A stretch of DNA of 43,727 bases. It comes from Octopus sinensis. Lineage: Eukaryota. The translations under genes were made by a program, and so were the position numbers. The notes beneath the pieces are model-generated. The model was not told the origin of the DNA, searched no databases, and worked only from the letters and a program-made list of their open reading frames with translations. Each line of letters begins with the position of its first letter. Positions within the stretch are counted from its first letter, which is position 1. Shown piece by piece: positions 24,371-36,943 of the stretch. Where the stretch lies: contig NW_021835055.1 in assembly GCF_006345805.1 (NCBI RefSeq), positions 1 to 43,727 of the forward strand. Direction: 5' to 3'.

Positions 24371-24746
24371 ATAAGACAAAGAAGAATATATTAGACTTTA
24401 CAAGACTTTAAAAAACTTTATAAGAGGTGTTGGAAATGTTGTCCTTCATTTTCAATTCATAAAATTTAATTTATTTTTTACTACCGTGTGAGCACTTCCT
24501 AGGCTGATTTCCGTTTCTTGTCACAATATGTGTAAGGCCTTTGACGGGCTTGCCAACAGTTTATCAGAAATATCGGAGAGTGTTTCGTCTGAAAGAACAG
24601 TAGGCCTATCGCTCCTTGCTGCATCTTTCACTGAGCCTGTGTTTCTAAATTTTCTTATCAAATCCCACAAAGTGTCACGTTGTGGAACAACCGTATTTGG
24701 AAAAGTTTCACTGAACTTCTGTTTCACAGTATCAGTGTATATGTTC

Positions 24747-25013
24747 TACTATATGGCTCAGAAACCTGTATCATCTCTTGTGAAAGGTAGAAGAGTTCAG
24801 TTTGCTGGACATTGTTGTAGAGCTGAAAACGAGGTAATTTCTACTCCTCTGGAAGCCATCTGCTCGCGATACCAGAGGGTGCACACTCTCCTACCCTGAT
24901 GTAATCTCCAGGGATACAGGCATCCCCCGTAATGCTATGATGGACCGTGAAGTCTGGCGTAACATAGTAAATTCCATTGTCTCGACCACAGGCAAACAAT
25001 GATGATGATGATC
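24747..25013 (+). mobile_element. 5'-truncated RTE-like LINE 3' end, second copy
   Basis: Homologous to 2088-2360; (TGA)n tail; degenerate TSD tat(a/t)tgttc at 24738-24746 and 25014-25022. Confidence 0.85.
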
Positions 25014-25447
25014 TATTTGTTCCCAGCTCGAAACACCCATTCAACTTAAAAAACGTACGTTCTTCAATGGTTAGCATGTCGACACGCTGAAGGGTACACA
25101 ATGACTAAGAGACAATGGCAAACACCCGGCCGCTCACGCAGTGATAGCGAAGTTGCGCATGCGCAAGATGAAAAAACTCACTGCGGAGAGACTTTTTGAA
25201 CACCTTACTTGTTTGTATAATAACTACTATGACATTGGTATACTATAATTCGTTCTAATCTTTCAAGGTTAACGTCACTTCTGTTAAGAATACAACAATA
25301 TAAACCAAAATTTCTATTGGTTTTAAATTTTAGCACAAAGCTAGCAATTTTATTATATATATATATATATATATATTAAAAATATATTTTAAAAATATAA
25401 GTTTATGAAAGAATGGAGTTGAACGACTTGTTAACAAATTTTCTTTA

Positions 25448-25530
25448 TTCTCGACATATGTTTCGAAGGCTGCATATTCCTAATTTCGAAGGAGTAAGGA
25501 GTACATTATGCAGATTTCTCATCAGGAAAG
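25448..25530 (-). ncRNA. Type I hammerhead ribozyme motif with canonical core
   Basis: Minus strand: tttc-CTGATGA-gaaatctgcata...tatgcagccttc-GAAA-catat-GTC-gaga; palindromic stem III acatatgt. Confidence 0.75.
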
Positions 25531-25689
25531 GCAAGGAACTTATGTCGACATCAAAATGCACAAAAAACTTTTAGCTAACTGCCCTTGGGACGTAACTTCA
25601 ATCGTGTTCTTTCTGATGTGAATTTGCTACCCAGGTATCGGTTATCTTTCGAATTATCCTTAACGATAATTCATTCAACTACTCAAATA

Positions 25690-25753
<64 letters not shown>

Positions 25754-25765
25754 AACAATTTCAGT

Positions 25766-25882
25766 GTGGAAGGTGTTTATAAGCTATTTAAAAAACACAA
25801 AAACCGTAAGATTCACTTCGACATTTAAATTCAATATGTCTAAGTTTTTGTGTTTTTTAAATGGCTTATAAACACCTTCCAC
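25766..25882. repeat. Inverted repeat with ~39-bp arms between (TA)n tracts
   Basis: gtggaaggtgtttataagctatttaaaaaacacaaaaac / gtttttgtgttttttaaatggcttataaacaccttccac. Confidence 0.9.
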
Positions 25883-25981
25883 CTTCCACGTTGCAACTGT
25901 TTTTGCTTCAGTACACGATCTCAGATTAGGTCACTGATATGCAAGTACATCTCCGTTATATATATATATATATATATATAG

Positions 25982-26020
<39 letters not shown>

Positions 26021-26494
26021 CTGCTAATATATATATGTCGTGCACTGAAGGTGAGCCGGAAACCAAGTGAAAGTAAAGCCGATTTTTTAAACCACACAGC
26101 AAGGCCTATATATAAATATATATAATAAAAATGCCTGTATATAAAATAATATATATATGTGAGTGTTTGAGTGTGTATGTGTGTTGTGTGTGTGTGTAGT
26201 TTTGTGTACATTGAAGCACAAATCTTTACTCATCAAAAAACGATTAATTTATCATGAAAGTACTGAATAGAAATTTCAAAATAAATGAAATCATTTACAG
26301 CTCTATGAATGTATATGATAAATATGGAACGGAATCTGAAGAATCTTGACTAAAGCAGAGGAAGTAGGATATGTCTGTTGCACCTTTAATCCGGGACATA
26401 GTTATGTTTCCCTATGCATGGTAAAGGTATGCATATTTCATTAGCTTCTGTAAACGAGGCAGAATTATGGCCAAAAGGTTGTGTATATACCAAA

Positions 26495-27062
26495 TATGTG
26501 TGTCATTTACACACACACACTTCACACACACGCATATACACGCATATAGACGTTCACACACTTACACATACACGCGTTCACACACACATACATGTATGCA
26601 TGCACACACGGACACACACGCATATACATATACATAATTAACGGTATAAACGTATACAAAATGCTACGTATAAATTCATATGCATAAATATGTATATGTA
26701 AGTATATATGTGTGTATATATGCATGTGTGTATGTATGTATATATGTGTGTGTGTGTGTGTGTGCTTGGTTATCTTTTTATAGATTTGTATTAATTTATG
26801 AATGTATGATGAAAATACTTATGTATTTATGCATATATATATATATATGTGTGTATGTATGTATAGATATATGTATGTATATATATGCATGTATGTATAT
26901 GTGTATATATATATTATACATATATATACATACATATATATATACATATATATATATATATATTTATGGTTTTGTGTGTATACATATATACATACATATA
27001 TATATGTGTGTCTATGTGTGTGTGTGTGTGTGTGTGTATGTGTGTGTGTCTGTGTGTATGTA
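26495..27062. repeat. (CA)/(TA)/(TG) microsatellite cluster
   Basis: Direct inspection. Confidence 0.9.
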
Positions 27063-27249
27063 AACACGTTGCCTTCTTGGAATGCTGAAGGTTATATGAA
27101 GAGGAAAAGATGTTGGTCCGTAGGGGGCAATTAAATGGTATAAATGATGGAATTCCTGTTAAACAGCCGCTCAGTCTTGAAGCGTTCGAGCAGTGAGAGG
27201 GAATAGTGCTGACAGGAATCTCCCAGTTTATTGGGAACTCCACCCAGCT

Positions 27250-27425
27250 CTACTGCTGCTGCTGCTACTACTACTACTACTACTACTACTACTGCTGCTG
27301 CTGCTGTTGTTGTTGTTACTTCTGTGGCTACTACTACCTCTACCACCCACTAATACCACCACTGACTACTACAACAACTACTACTACTATCACTACCACC
27401 ACCACCACCACAATCACCACCACTG

Positions 27426-27512
<87 letters not shown>

Positions 27513-27840
27513 GCTGCTGCTATTGCTGCTGTTGCTTCTGCGGCTACTACTACCACCTCTACCACCCACCAATACCACCACTACTACCATCACCAACACT
27601 GACTACTACTACTACTACAGCTGCTGCTGCTACTGCGGCTACTAAAACCACCACTACCACCCACTAATACCTCCACCACAACCACTACTACTATTACCAT
27701 CCCATCACCACCACTGACAATTACTACTACTACTACTACTACTACAAACACCAGCACCACCAGCACCATCACCACCGCCGCCACCATCGCTTCCACTACC
27801 AGCACCAAAACCACAACCGCCACCACCACCACTACTGCCC
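27250..27840. repeat. (ACT/GCT/ACC)n compound repeat with three diverged higher-order units
   Basis: Recurring ctg(c/t)ggctacta...taccaccca(c/t)aatacc. Confidence 0.85.
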
Positions 27841-28059
27841 TGCGTGTGCTTTTGTGTCACTGTTCGACCAGCGATACACAATAGTCAAATGCTCTTCATA
27901 TTGCGCAGTACAAGTAATACAAGAAGAGAGGATTATTGGACAAAGTGGTTTCGTAGAAAGAAAAGTGTTTGAGTGGAATGTCTTCCCTCAGAGGGTGCCT
28001 CGATCAATTCTGTGGCCTCATTATTCCCAGACTCAACTATTCTGGTAATCCTATATTCC

Positions 28060-29176
28060 TATTTCTTTACTACCCACAAGGGGCTAAACACAGAGAGGAC
28101 AAACAAGGACAGATAAACGGATTAAGCCGATTACATCGACCCCAATGCGTAACTGGTACTTAATTTATCGATCCCGAAAGGATGAAAGGCAAAGTCGACC
28201 TCGGCGGAATTTGAACTCAGAACGTAACAGCAAACGAAATACTTTTTCTTTACCACCCACATGCGCTAAACACAGAGAGGACAAGGACAGACAACGGATT
28301 AGTCAATTATATCGACCCAAGTGCGTAACTGGTACTTAATTTATCGATCCCGAAGGATGAAAGGCAATATCGACCTCAGCGGAATTTGAACTCAGAACGT
28401 AACAGCAAACGAAATACTTATTTCTTTACCACCCACAATGCGCTAAACACAGAGAGGACAAACAAGACAGACAAACGGATTAAGTCAATTATATCGACCC
28501 CAGTGCGTAACGGTACTTAATTTATCGATCCCGAAAGGATGAAAGGCAAAGTCGATCGGCGGAATTTGAACTCAGAACGTAACAGCACGAAATACTTATT
28601 TCTTTACCACCACAATGCGCTAAACCAGAGAGGACAACAGGCAGACAAACGGATTAGTCAATTATATCGACCCCAGTGCGTAACTGTACTTAATCGATCC
28701 CGAAAGGATGAAAGGCAATGTCGCCTCAGCGGACGAAAACGTACAGCAGACGAAATACTTATTTCTTTACCACCCACAATGCGCTAAACACAGAGAGGAC
28801 AAACAAGGACAGACAAACGGATTAAGTCAATTATATCGACCCCAGTGCGTAACTGGTACTTAATTTATCGATCCCGAAAGGATGAAAGGCAATGTCGACC
28901 TCAGCGGAATTTGAACTCAGAACGTAACAGCAGACGAAATACTTATTTCTTTACCACCCACAATGCGCTAAACACAGAGAGGACAAACAAGGACAGACAA
29001 ACGGATTAAGTCAATTATATCGACCCCAGTGCGTAACTGGTACTTAATTTATCGATCCCGAAAGGATGAAAGGCAATGTCGACCTCGGCGGAATTTGAAC
29101 TCTGAACGTAACAGCAGACGAAATACTACTAAGCATTTCGCCCGGCGTGCTAACGATTCTGCCAGCTCGCCGCCTT
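28060..29176 (-). mobile_element. SINE-B tandem array 2: one head plus six units
   Basis: gaaatac boundaries at 28242, 28417, 28595, 28758, 28942, 29126; flanking ctatattcc at 28051 and 29181. Confidence 0.95.
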
Positions 29177-29224
29177 CATTCTATATTCCGTTATCAAAAT
29201 GATATTTTAACGGTTTTTTTTTCT

Positions 29225-29376
29225 TTTTACATCTTTTATCGTTTATTTGTTTCAGTCACTAGACTGCGACCATGCTGGGGCGCCACCTCGAAGAATTGTA
29301 GTCAAATAAATAGATTTCGAGTGTTAATTTTCTTTCAGCCTGATACTATTCTGTAGTTTTATTTTGCCGAACCGCT
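29225..29376 (-). mobile_element. Diverged SINE-A 3' fragment
   Basis: tgtttcagtcact...ccatgctgg...gccgaaccgct. Confidence 0.7.
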
Positions 29377-29398
29377 ATGAAAAACACATACATAAAGA

Positions 29399-29603
29399 TG
29401 CAGACGTGACTCTGTGGTAAGAAGTTTGCTTTCCAATGCATGACTCTGGGTTCAGTCCCACTGCGTGACACCTTGGGCAAGTGTCTTCTACTACTGCCCT
29501 GCTGTTGCTTCTGCGGCTACTACTACTACCTCTACAACCCACCAATACCACCACCACCACTACTACTGTTACTATCCCACCATCACTACCATCACCACTA
29601 CTG

Positions 29604-29646
<43 letters not shown>

Positions 29647-29988
29647 TTACTACTACTACGAACTCCAGCACCACCAACACCACTACCATCACCAATAATA
29701 CCGACCAAAGCCTTGTGAGTGGATTTGGTATACGGAAACTGTATATGTGTTTGTGTGTGTATGTGTATGTGTCTTGTGTCTGTGTTTGTGCCCTCACCAT
29801 CGCTTGACAACCGATGGTGGTGTGTTTATGTCCCCGTTACTTAGCCGTTTGGCAAAGGAGACCGATAGAATAAGTACTAGGCTTACAAAGAATAAGTCCT
29901 GGGATTGATTTCTTCGACTAAAACACTTTAAGGCAGTGCTCCAGCATGGCCACAGTCAAATGATTGAAACAAATAAAAGAATAAAATA
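29399..29988 (+). mobile_element. Full-length SINE-A with ~208-bp insertion
   Basis: Head and aaaagaataaaa tail present; interrupted at 29493-29700. Confidence 0.88.
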
Positions 29989-29989
29989 A

Positions 29990-30210
29990 CGCAAACACAC
30001 ACACACACACAACACACATGCACACACACGTGTATCTATATCTATATATATATACACACGCACACATATATATATGTACACACATGTGTGTATATATATA
30101 TATATGTACTCACATGTGTGTATATATATATATATATATACATATATAATATACATATATATATATATATATATATATTACCACATATATACACACACAT
30201 ACCACACACA

Positions 30211-30253
<43 letters not shown>

Positions 30254-30630
30254 TGTATATACTCACACACTTCTTAGAACCAGAGAGGATGTATATTTAC
30301 TGTGTTACACACATACATAAATCTACACAGACACAAAAAGCAACATTATTTTCACTGTACGTTGTATCACATGAGATTATGGAGCGACAACTAGGTAATA
30401 AATAAATAAATGAACACACGAAGAAAAAAAATACAAAATGGAACACAGCCTAGAAAAAAAAAAGCGTGCACAAAGCAACAAAATATTCCAATGTGGAGAC
30501 CTAAATAATAACTTCCCATAATTTATTGCGAATTATTTCTCACATACTGCTTTGGAAATCAGTCTGTAAATCTGGCGTGTTTTAGTATTTACAACTCTCT
30601 TGTGACGTCCACTTGTGCCGTTCAACAATA

Positions 30631-30729
<99 letters not shown>

Positions 30730-30926
30730 TGTGTATGGTGTGTGTGTATGTATGATATTTATGTATGGTGTACAGAAACAGTAAACATAGAGCAAACCTT
30801 GCGAACAAAGAAAACAAGAAAATTTCAAGAAACAGATTAAGAAAATACCTCTCTTTCCACCATATTTATCATTAAAACACACTACTCTGTGTGTATGTGT
30901 GCGTGCGTGTGTGTGTGTGTGTATTT

Positions 30927-30967
<41 letters not shown>

Positions 30968-31087
30968 CGCACACACACAAACACATATTATATATAAATA
31001 TAATATATATACATACATTATATACATACATAATAATATATAATATATATCTATATCTATATATATATATATATATATAATATATAT

Positions 31088-31119
<32 letters not shown>

Positions 31120-31120
31120 A
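29990..31120. repeat. (CA)/(TA)/(TG) microsatellite cluster with short spacers
   Basis: Direct inspection. Confidence 0.85.
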
Positions 31121-31401
31121 AATACCAAATGGGGCAAGAACGCAAAACATCTAGAAGATGATACAAAAAACACGGACGGGTCATTCGAAGCCTTTAATCT
31201 TCAGTCAAGAACCGGATCATCCTCGCAATTTCGGCTGATTAATCTTGAGATTGCTCCAATCTGGCCAGCCCCAAGGAAAAACTAAGCTAAGAGCATTAGA
31301 TTTCTTGGAAAAAAGCGTCGAATGTATACGAAACAAGGACGGGAAAATGGACGATCTTACACGAATATAAACACAAAAGTAATACGAAAAACAACAACAA
31401 C

Positions 31402-31450
<49 letters not shown>

Positions 31451-31521
31451 GTAACAGGACATCACAACAGGCGTCTTTCGATTAGGAAACCAATTGAATT
31501 CAGCTGGCGTGAGATAGATAA

Positions 31522-31577
<56 letters not shown>

Positions 31578-31674
31578 GTATACGTTATATGTATGTGTAT
31601 ACATAATACATATATACTTGCATACATATGTATAGACACATATTTAACGACACGAATATATTTTTATACGCGAA

Positions 31675-31776
31675 AGCGCATGGCCTAGTGTTTAAGATAA
31701 TGCACTCAGGTTCTCAAAATCAGCTTCGATTTCCAGATGTAAGATTCATTGTGTTCTCGAGCAAAACACTTCATTT
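31675..31776 (+). mobile_element. SINE-D 5' fragment
   Basis: gcgcatggcctagtg...ttcgatttcc...tgtgttctcgagcaaaacacttcattt. Confidence 0.6.
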
Positions 31777-31999
31777 AGTTGTTAATGGGTAACCCTTCGA
31801 TGTATGGGCTTTCCGTTCTGAGAGAATGTTGGCCTTCTCGCCTAACCAGTTGGGTGGTATCATTCGAAATCTTCAACCGTGTGAAGAAATGTATTGTGAT
31901 CAGGAATGTTACAATGATATACGACAGTCTGGTCGATACAGTGGTATTTCTATTCATATACTTATACATGTATACGTATATCTATACAGTTACATCTCG

Positions 32000-32380
32000 T
32001 AGCATTCCGTCGGTTACGACGACGAGGGTTCCAGTTGATCTGATCAACGGAACAGCCTGCCCATGAAATTAACATGCAAGTGGCTGAGCACTCCACTGAT
32101 AATTGTACCCTTAACGTAGTTCTCCGGGAGATTCAGCGTGACACGGAGAGTGATAAGGCTGGCCCTTTGAAATACAGGTACAACATAAACAAGAAGAAAG
32201 AGTGAGAGATAGTTGTGGTGAAAGAGTAGAACAGTGACGGCCACCATCCTCTGCCGGAGCCTCGTGAAGCTTTTGGGGTTTTCGCTCCATAAACACTCAT
32301 AACGCCCGGTCTGGGAATCGGAACCGTGATCCTACGACCGTGAGTCCGCTGCCCTAACCACTGGGCCATTGCGCCTCCAC
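32000..32380 (-). mobile_element. Full-length SINE-C (tRNA-derived)
   Basis: A-box tggcccagtgg, B-box-like ggttccgattccc; body shared in part with 36335-36943. Confidence 0.85.
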
Positions 32381-32690
32381 ATAAAGGCACATACATACAT
32401 ATATATATTATACTGTAAGCATGTGGAGTAAACATTTAAACATCATCACCTTCTTTCCAAATCTTGCTGTATTTCACATGAATATTTTGTTCCTCCAAAC
32501 ACGTCATACTGTATACGTTGATCTACTCATTTTGGGGCGTACATTTCGGTTTCAAAAATTCAACTTGTATGTCGGAAAATACAGTATGCAACATATACAA
32601 GACAGCAGGGCATAATTTCAAAGAGACTTAGCTGCTATTTCTAACATGTCTAATGGTTGTGTGAAGGTTTCCTTCGTTAACTCAAGCATA

Positions 32691-33100
32691 TCTATAATAT
32701 AAATTGGACATGGGCGATCGTTGTATTCTTTCTTGTCTTGAGGTTCACAGCCAAACGGCTGGGTGGATTCGCATGAAAAATGGCACACATGAGGAGACGG
32801 GTACATAGATTGGAATGCAGTTTGTAGTTTTTCCCTGGCCCCGATACTTGCCGAGGAAATCGATGAAATCTTTTTCTAATGGAATTCCCCTCTTTCTTCC
32901 GCCATTAAAACAGCCAGCTGCTTAGAAGCTGTTTTCTGACGGGTTGGGGTCAGGAAATTTTCATACAGCTGGAGGTTCCAATCGAAACAGGGGACACGAA
33001 ATGATAAGGTTGAGAAACGCTGTTTTAGATTATGCCTAACCGAAAACGAACACAGCCACGTCATCCAAACAGACCGGGTGAAACCGGGCTTAGCTGATAG
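32691..33100 (+). mobile_element. Possible non-autonomous Helitron
   Basis: 5' a|tctataatataaa; 3' hairpin ccgg-gtgaaa-ccgg, then atag|t (one change from CTAG|T). Confidence 0.5.
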
Positions 33101-33391
33101 TAATATATATATATATATATTATATAAATAGAAATATTAAAATTACTAAGTCCTCCTAAAAGAGAACAACGGCAGCGTTCCCGAAAATATTAGTTATCGC
33201 CATACTAATATGGCATTCTTATAAAAATAAGAAAAAAGCTGACCGCTTATTAGCTCCATGAGGCCATCGCCTTAAGTTAGCTATTTGATACACAATCTGT
33301 ATCCATATAACCTTTGAACAAAATATATATAGTATATATATATAGTATTTTATGGCATGTAAGTCGAGGTAATATATAGGGTATACGTTGA

Positions 33392-33500
33392 TGGTTCGTG
33401 GTTCAGTCCCATTGCTTGGTACATTAGGCAAGTGTCTTCTATTATAATCTTGGGTCGACTACATCCTTGTGACAGACGGAAATTGAAAGAATCAAGTCGC

Positions 33501-33535
<35 letters not shown>

Positions 33536-33545
33536 TCCTCCACCC
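33392..33545 (+). mobile_element. Diverged SINE-A 5' part
   Basis: ggttcagtccca...ggcaagtgtcttcta...gacggaaattgaaagaa. Confidence 0.7.
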
Positions 33546-34511
33546 ACATGTAAACATGTAGTGTAGACATTCAAACATCGTTCAAACTATCTTTCCGAAT
33601 CCTGCTGCATTTCACATGGAATTTTTGGCCGTCTAAAGTCACCTTGGTCGACCTACCTTTGGTTGTAAATTTTGGTCTTAAAAGAGACTGGAAAATACGG
33701 TATATTTTTGCAGGGTAAATTTGTTTCCAAAAAGTTTTGAAAATCTTTACTTTTCCCATTTTCTGTTGTATATAACATAATGTATTAGCTGCAATGAGTA
33801 TTTTCTTTTTTTTTGCGTTTTTGAAAAAAATCTTTAAAAACAGACGTAAAATAAATAAGAATTTTTTTTATTGTGAAAAATAAAAGAAGAATATAAATAG
33901 AAATTGGAAAAAAAAAAGTCGAAAAAAGAGAGATGAGAAAAACGACAAAGTTGAAATGTCTTTATTTGGTTTGTTGAAAGAGATGAGGAAATGACGAAAA
34001 AAGAGAAGGTGCCAAAGAGAAGGAAAATAGATGAAATATAAAATAAAAAGAGAAAGAGAGAGAGGGGGAGAGAGAGAGTACGGTAAACAGAAAGATAAAA
34101 CGGAAGAAGAGAAGAAGAAAAAAGGATTAAAGATGCAAAATGATAAGAGAATAAAAGAGAAAATTTCAAAGAGAAAAACCCAAACAGGCGAACAGACAGA
34201 CATACTTTGAACATCATTTTTGTGTAACATGCGAACGAATCAATCATAAGATTTCTGCGTGGTTTCTCATCTGCTAGAAATAACAGTCATATATGACTCA
34301 ATTCCCGTTATATTAATAGTTTCAAATTTTGGCAGAAGGCCAACAATTTCGGGGGTAATTGGCTCTAAAATCCGCCCGCTTGGGAAGCAAAACAACGAAG
34401 CAAATCATATTTCTTTAAGTATCATAAATTTTCTGCCTCAGCTAGAAATCATTAAGTTTCAAGTCCAGGATCGAAATACAGTCTACTTCCTCGTCCTTGG
34501 ATGCTTTTGGA

Positions 34512-34835
34512 TGTTTCAGTCATTTGACTGTGGCCATGCTGGAGCACCGTCTGTAGTCGAGCCAATCGACCTCAGGACTTATTTCTTTGTAAGCCTAGTA
34601 CTTATTTTATCGGTCTCTTTTGCCGAACCGCTAAGTTACGGAGTTACGGACCTAAACAGACCACCATCGGTTGTCAAGCGATGTTGGGAGGACAAAAACA
34701 GACACACAAGCAATATACCTTTTGCCGAACCGCTAAGTTACGAGGACGTAAACACACCAGCATCGGTTGTCAAGCGATGTTGGTGGGGGGGGGGAGAAAC
34801 ACAGTGTCTCACAAACATATACACACACATACATA
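34512..34835 (-). mobile_element. SINE-A 3' part with ~85-bp internal tandem duplication
   Basis: tttgccgaaccgctaagttacg...atcggttgtcaagcgatgttgg occurs twice (34619 and 34721). Confidence 0.85.
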
Positions 34836-34864
34836 CATACAATTTTGGGTGCAGAGGCTCGTCG

Positions 34865-35025
34865 GTCACATCGATCCCAGTGTTTCACTGGTACTTAATT
34901 ATTGGACCCCAAAATGATGAAAGGCAAAGTCGACCTCAGCGGAATTTGAACTCAGAACGTAAAGACAGATAAATGCCGAAAAGCATTTTGCCCATCGCAG
35001 CAACGATTCCGCCAGCTGGCCGCCT
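34865..35025 (-). mobile_element. SINE-B, 3' truncated
   Basis: Head and core similarity. Confidence 0.8.
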
Positions 35026-35094
35026 AAATGATAAGCTAGGGAACTTATCAATCGTCCTCACTTTTAGCTTCTAAAAATATGGGAACTTATTTTT

Positions 35095-35250
35095 TCTTTT
35101 ATTCTTTTACTTGTTTCAGTCATTTGACTGCGGCTATGCTGGAGTACTGCTTTTAGCCAAACAAATCGACCCCAAGACATTCCTTGTAAGCCTAGTACTT
35201 ATTATATCGGTCTTTTTCGCTGAACCGTTAAGACACGGGGATCTAAACAT
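35095..35250 (-). mobile_element. SINE-A 3' fragment
   Basis: Tail similarity. Confidence 0.8.
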
Positions 35251-35257
35251 ATTTGAG

Positions 35258-36270
35258 TATGACTTTAAACCGCATCCGGATGCGGGGTCCTGACTAGAAC
35301 GTTTTAGGGGTTTGAGGAATGTGGAACTATCACATTTTAGACATTATTGTTCCTAGTTCTACTCTCACCTGGGGTAGTAGCACTTGTCAAGGTTCCAACT
35401 ACGTTTTAATTGGTATGTTATGATATACAAAACTTCACTGCTTTGGGGATGCCTTGGGAAATGAAAAGCTAGGAGAATCGACTTCGATAACAAATCAAGA
35501 AGTGGAGTCCTTAGGCAGTTCAGTGCCCTATTTGACACCCTGAAAGGGTCTCAGAGAGGGTAGTGGGGGCTCTCCAGACTTGTAAAGCATTCAACGTGGA
35601 ATGTCACTCCAAAGTAAAACATACAGTTTGATGGTCACCACAACCGTCTAAGCCCGATGAGCCACTGTAGTCAGACCGCCAAATCTAAAAGTGAGATCGG
35701 ATTGCGAAGAATGACATTCACTTTAAAACTATTAAGCGCAGGCAGGAAGCAAAGCTCAGCAACATCAAACCGCTTGAGGGTATCGCCGCTGTTACTCATA
35801 ATCTTCGGACACGAAGAAACTGAACTGCTATCGTCATCGTCAGTGATGGGCACGAATGATGAAGCTGGCAGAAACTTTAGCACGTCGGGTGAAATGCGTA
35901 GCCGTATTTCGTCTGCCGTTACGTTCTGAGTTCAAATTCTGCCGAGCTCGACATTACCTTTCATCCTTTCGGGGTCGATAAATTAAGTACCAGTTACGCA
36001 CTGGGGTCGATATAATCGACTTAATCCATTTGTCTGTCCTTGTTTGTCCCCTCTGTGTTTAGCCCCTTGTGGGTAATAAAGAAATAGAATGATGAAGCTG
36101 TTGGGGGAACGGTCGACCTCGAGGACCATATCCAATAACTTCCAGAAATTCCTGAGCTTGCAGTGCCACCTATGTGTTCGACAAAAATTCTACGACCATA
36201 CTTGTCTATTCAATAAATAACTTTGTGTATACATATTTAAATTGCGATGATGTTTTGAAAACTTTAGTCT
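35258..36270. repeat. Unclassified repeat hosting a SINE-B
   Basis: 35335-35462 is the reverse complement of ~40421-40546; outer boundaries uncertain. Confidence 0.5.
35868..36086 (+). mobile_element. SINE-B monomer with 14-bp TSD
   Basis: gaatgatgaagctg at 35854-35867 and 36087-36100. Confidence 0.93.
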
Positions 36271-36334
36271 TAAGTTGCTACGCCACTTTCGTTGGTCCTG
36301 ATAGCTATTTGCTGACGCTGCTGTTGCTGTTGCT

Positions 36335-36943
36335 GTTGAGTGAATGGTCTTCGCCCAGAGCTCGCAAGATGGGAGAAGTCCGAAACGTGGTCCTTTGCTA
36401 TTCGTAAGACCCGCAGAAGAGAAAGCAGGTCAATCCCACCGACACCGAGAGCATCGACGGATGGATGAATGCGCATCCAGGCTCAGCGGTTGCGTAAGAA
36501 GTCGGGGGACAAGAAACAGGAAGAAAGAGTGAGAGAGAAAGTTGGGGCGAAAGAGTACAACAGGGGTCGCCACCACCCCCTGCCGGAGCCTCGTGGACCT
36601 TTTAAGTGTTTACAACAGGGGTCGCCACCACCCCCTGCCGGAGCCTCGTGGACCTTTTAAGTGTTTACAACAGGGGTCGCCACCACCCCCTGCCGGAGCC
36701 TCGTGGACCTTTTAAGTGTTTACAACAGGGGTCGCCACCACCCCCTACCGGAGCCTCGTGGACCTTTTAAGTGTATTCGCGAAAACACTTAAAAGGTCCA
36801 CGTGTCTCCGGCAAGGGGTTGATGGCGACCCCTGTTGTACTCTTTCGCCCTAACTTTCTCTCACACACATCGCCCGGTCTGGGAATCGAAACCACGATCC
36901 TCCGACCGACAGTCCGCTGCCCTAACCACTGGGCCATTGCGCA
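36335..36943 (-). mobile_element. Rearranged SINE-C-related element with four 55-bp tandem units and an inverted copy
   Basis: Units start at 36556, 36611, 36666, 36721; inverted arm 36784-36862; tRNA-like head 36865-36943. Confidence 0.88.

Larger units (their letters stand above)
23335..25207 (-). mobile_element. Internally deleted Tc1/mariner-superfamily transposon with nested insertions
   Basis: TIRs tagggtgttcaaaaagtctctccgcggt / actgcggagagactttttgaacacctta; HTH region MLTIEER...VKQKFSETFPN...LIRKFRNTGSVKDAARSDRP joined to C-terminal IENEGQHFQHLL*. Confidence 0.9.

Noticed and set aside
27062-28048. Possible LINE C-terminal remnants (SYNLQHSKK on minus, EWNVFPQRV on plus)
   Set aside because: Similarity is too short and degenerate to support
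31175-31260. Hammerhead-like pieces on the minus strand (ctgaaga, gccgaaa)
   Set aside because: The elements are not in a consistent order with pairing stems
32305-32380. tRNA gene (also 1070-1140 and 36865-36943)
   Set aside because: The tRNA-like heads continue into SINE bodies and I could not build a complete acceptor stem
36556-36775. CRISPR-like direct repeats
   Set aside because: The 55-bp units are contiguous with no unique spacers, derive from a SINE body, and there are no cas genes; the context is eukaryotic
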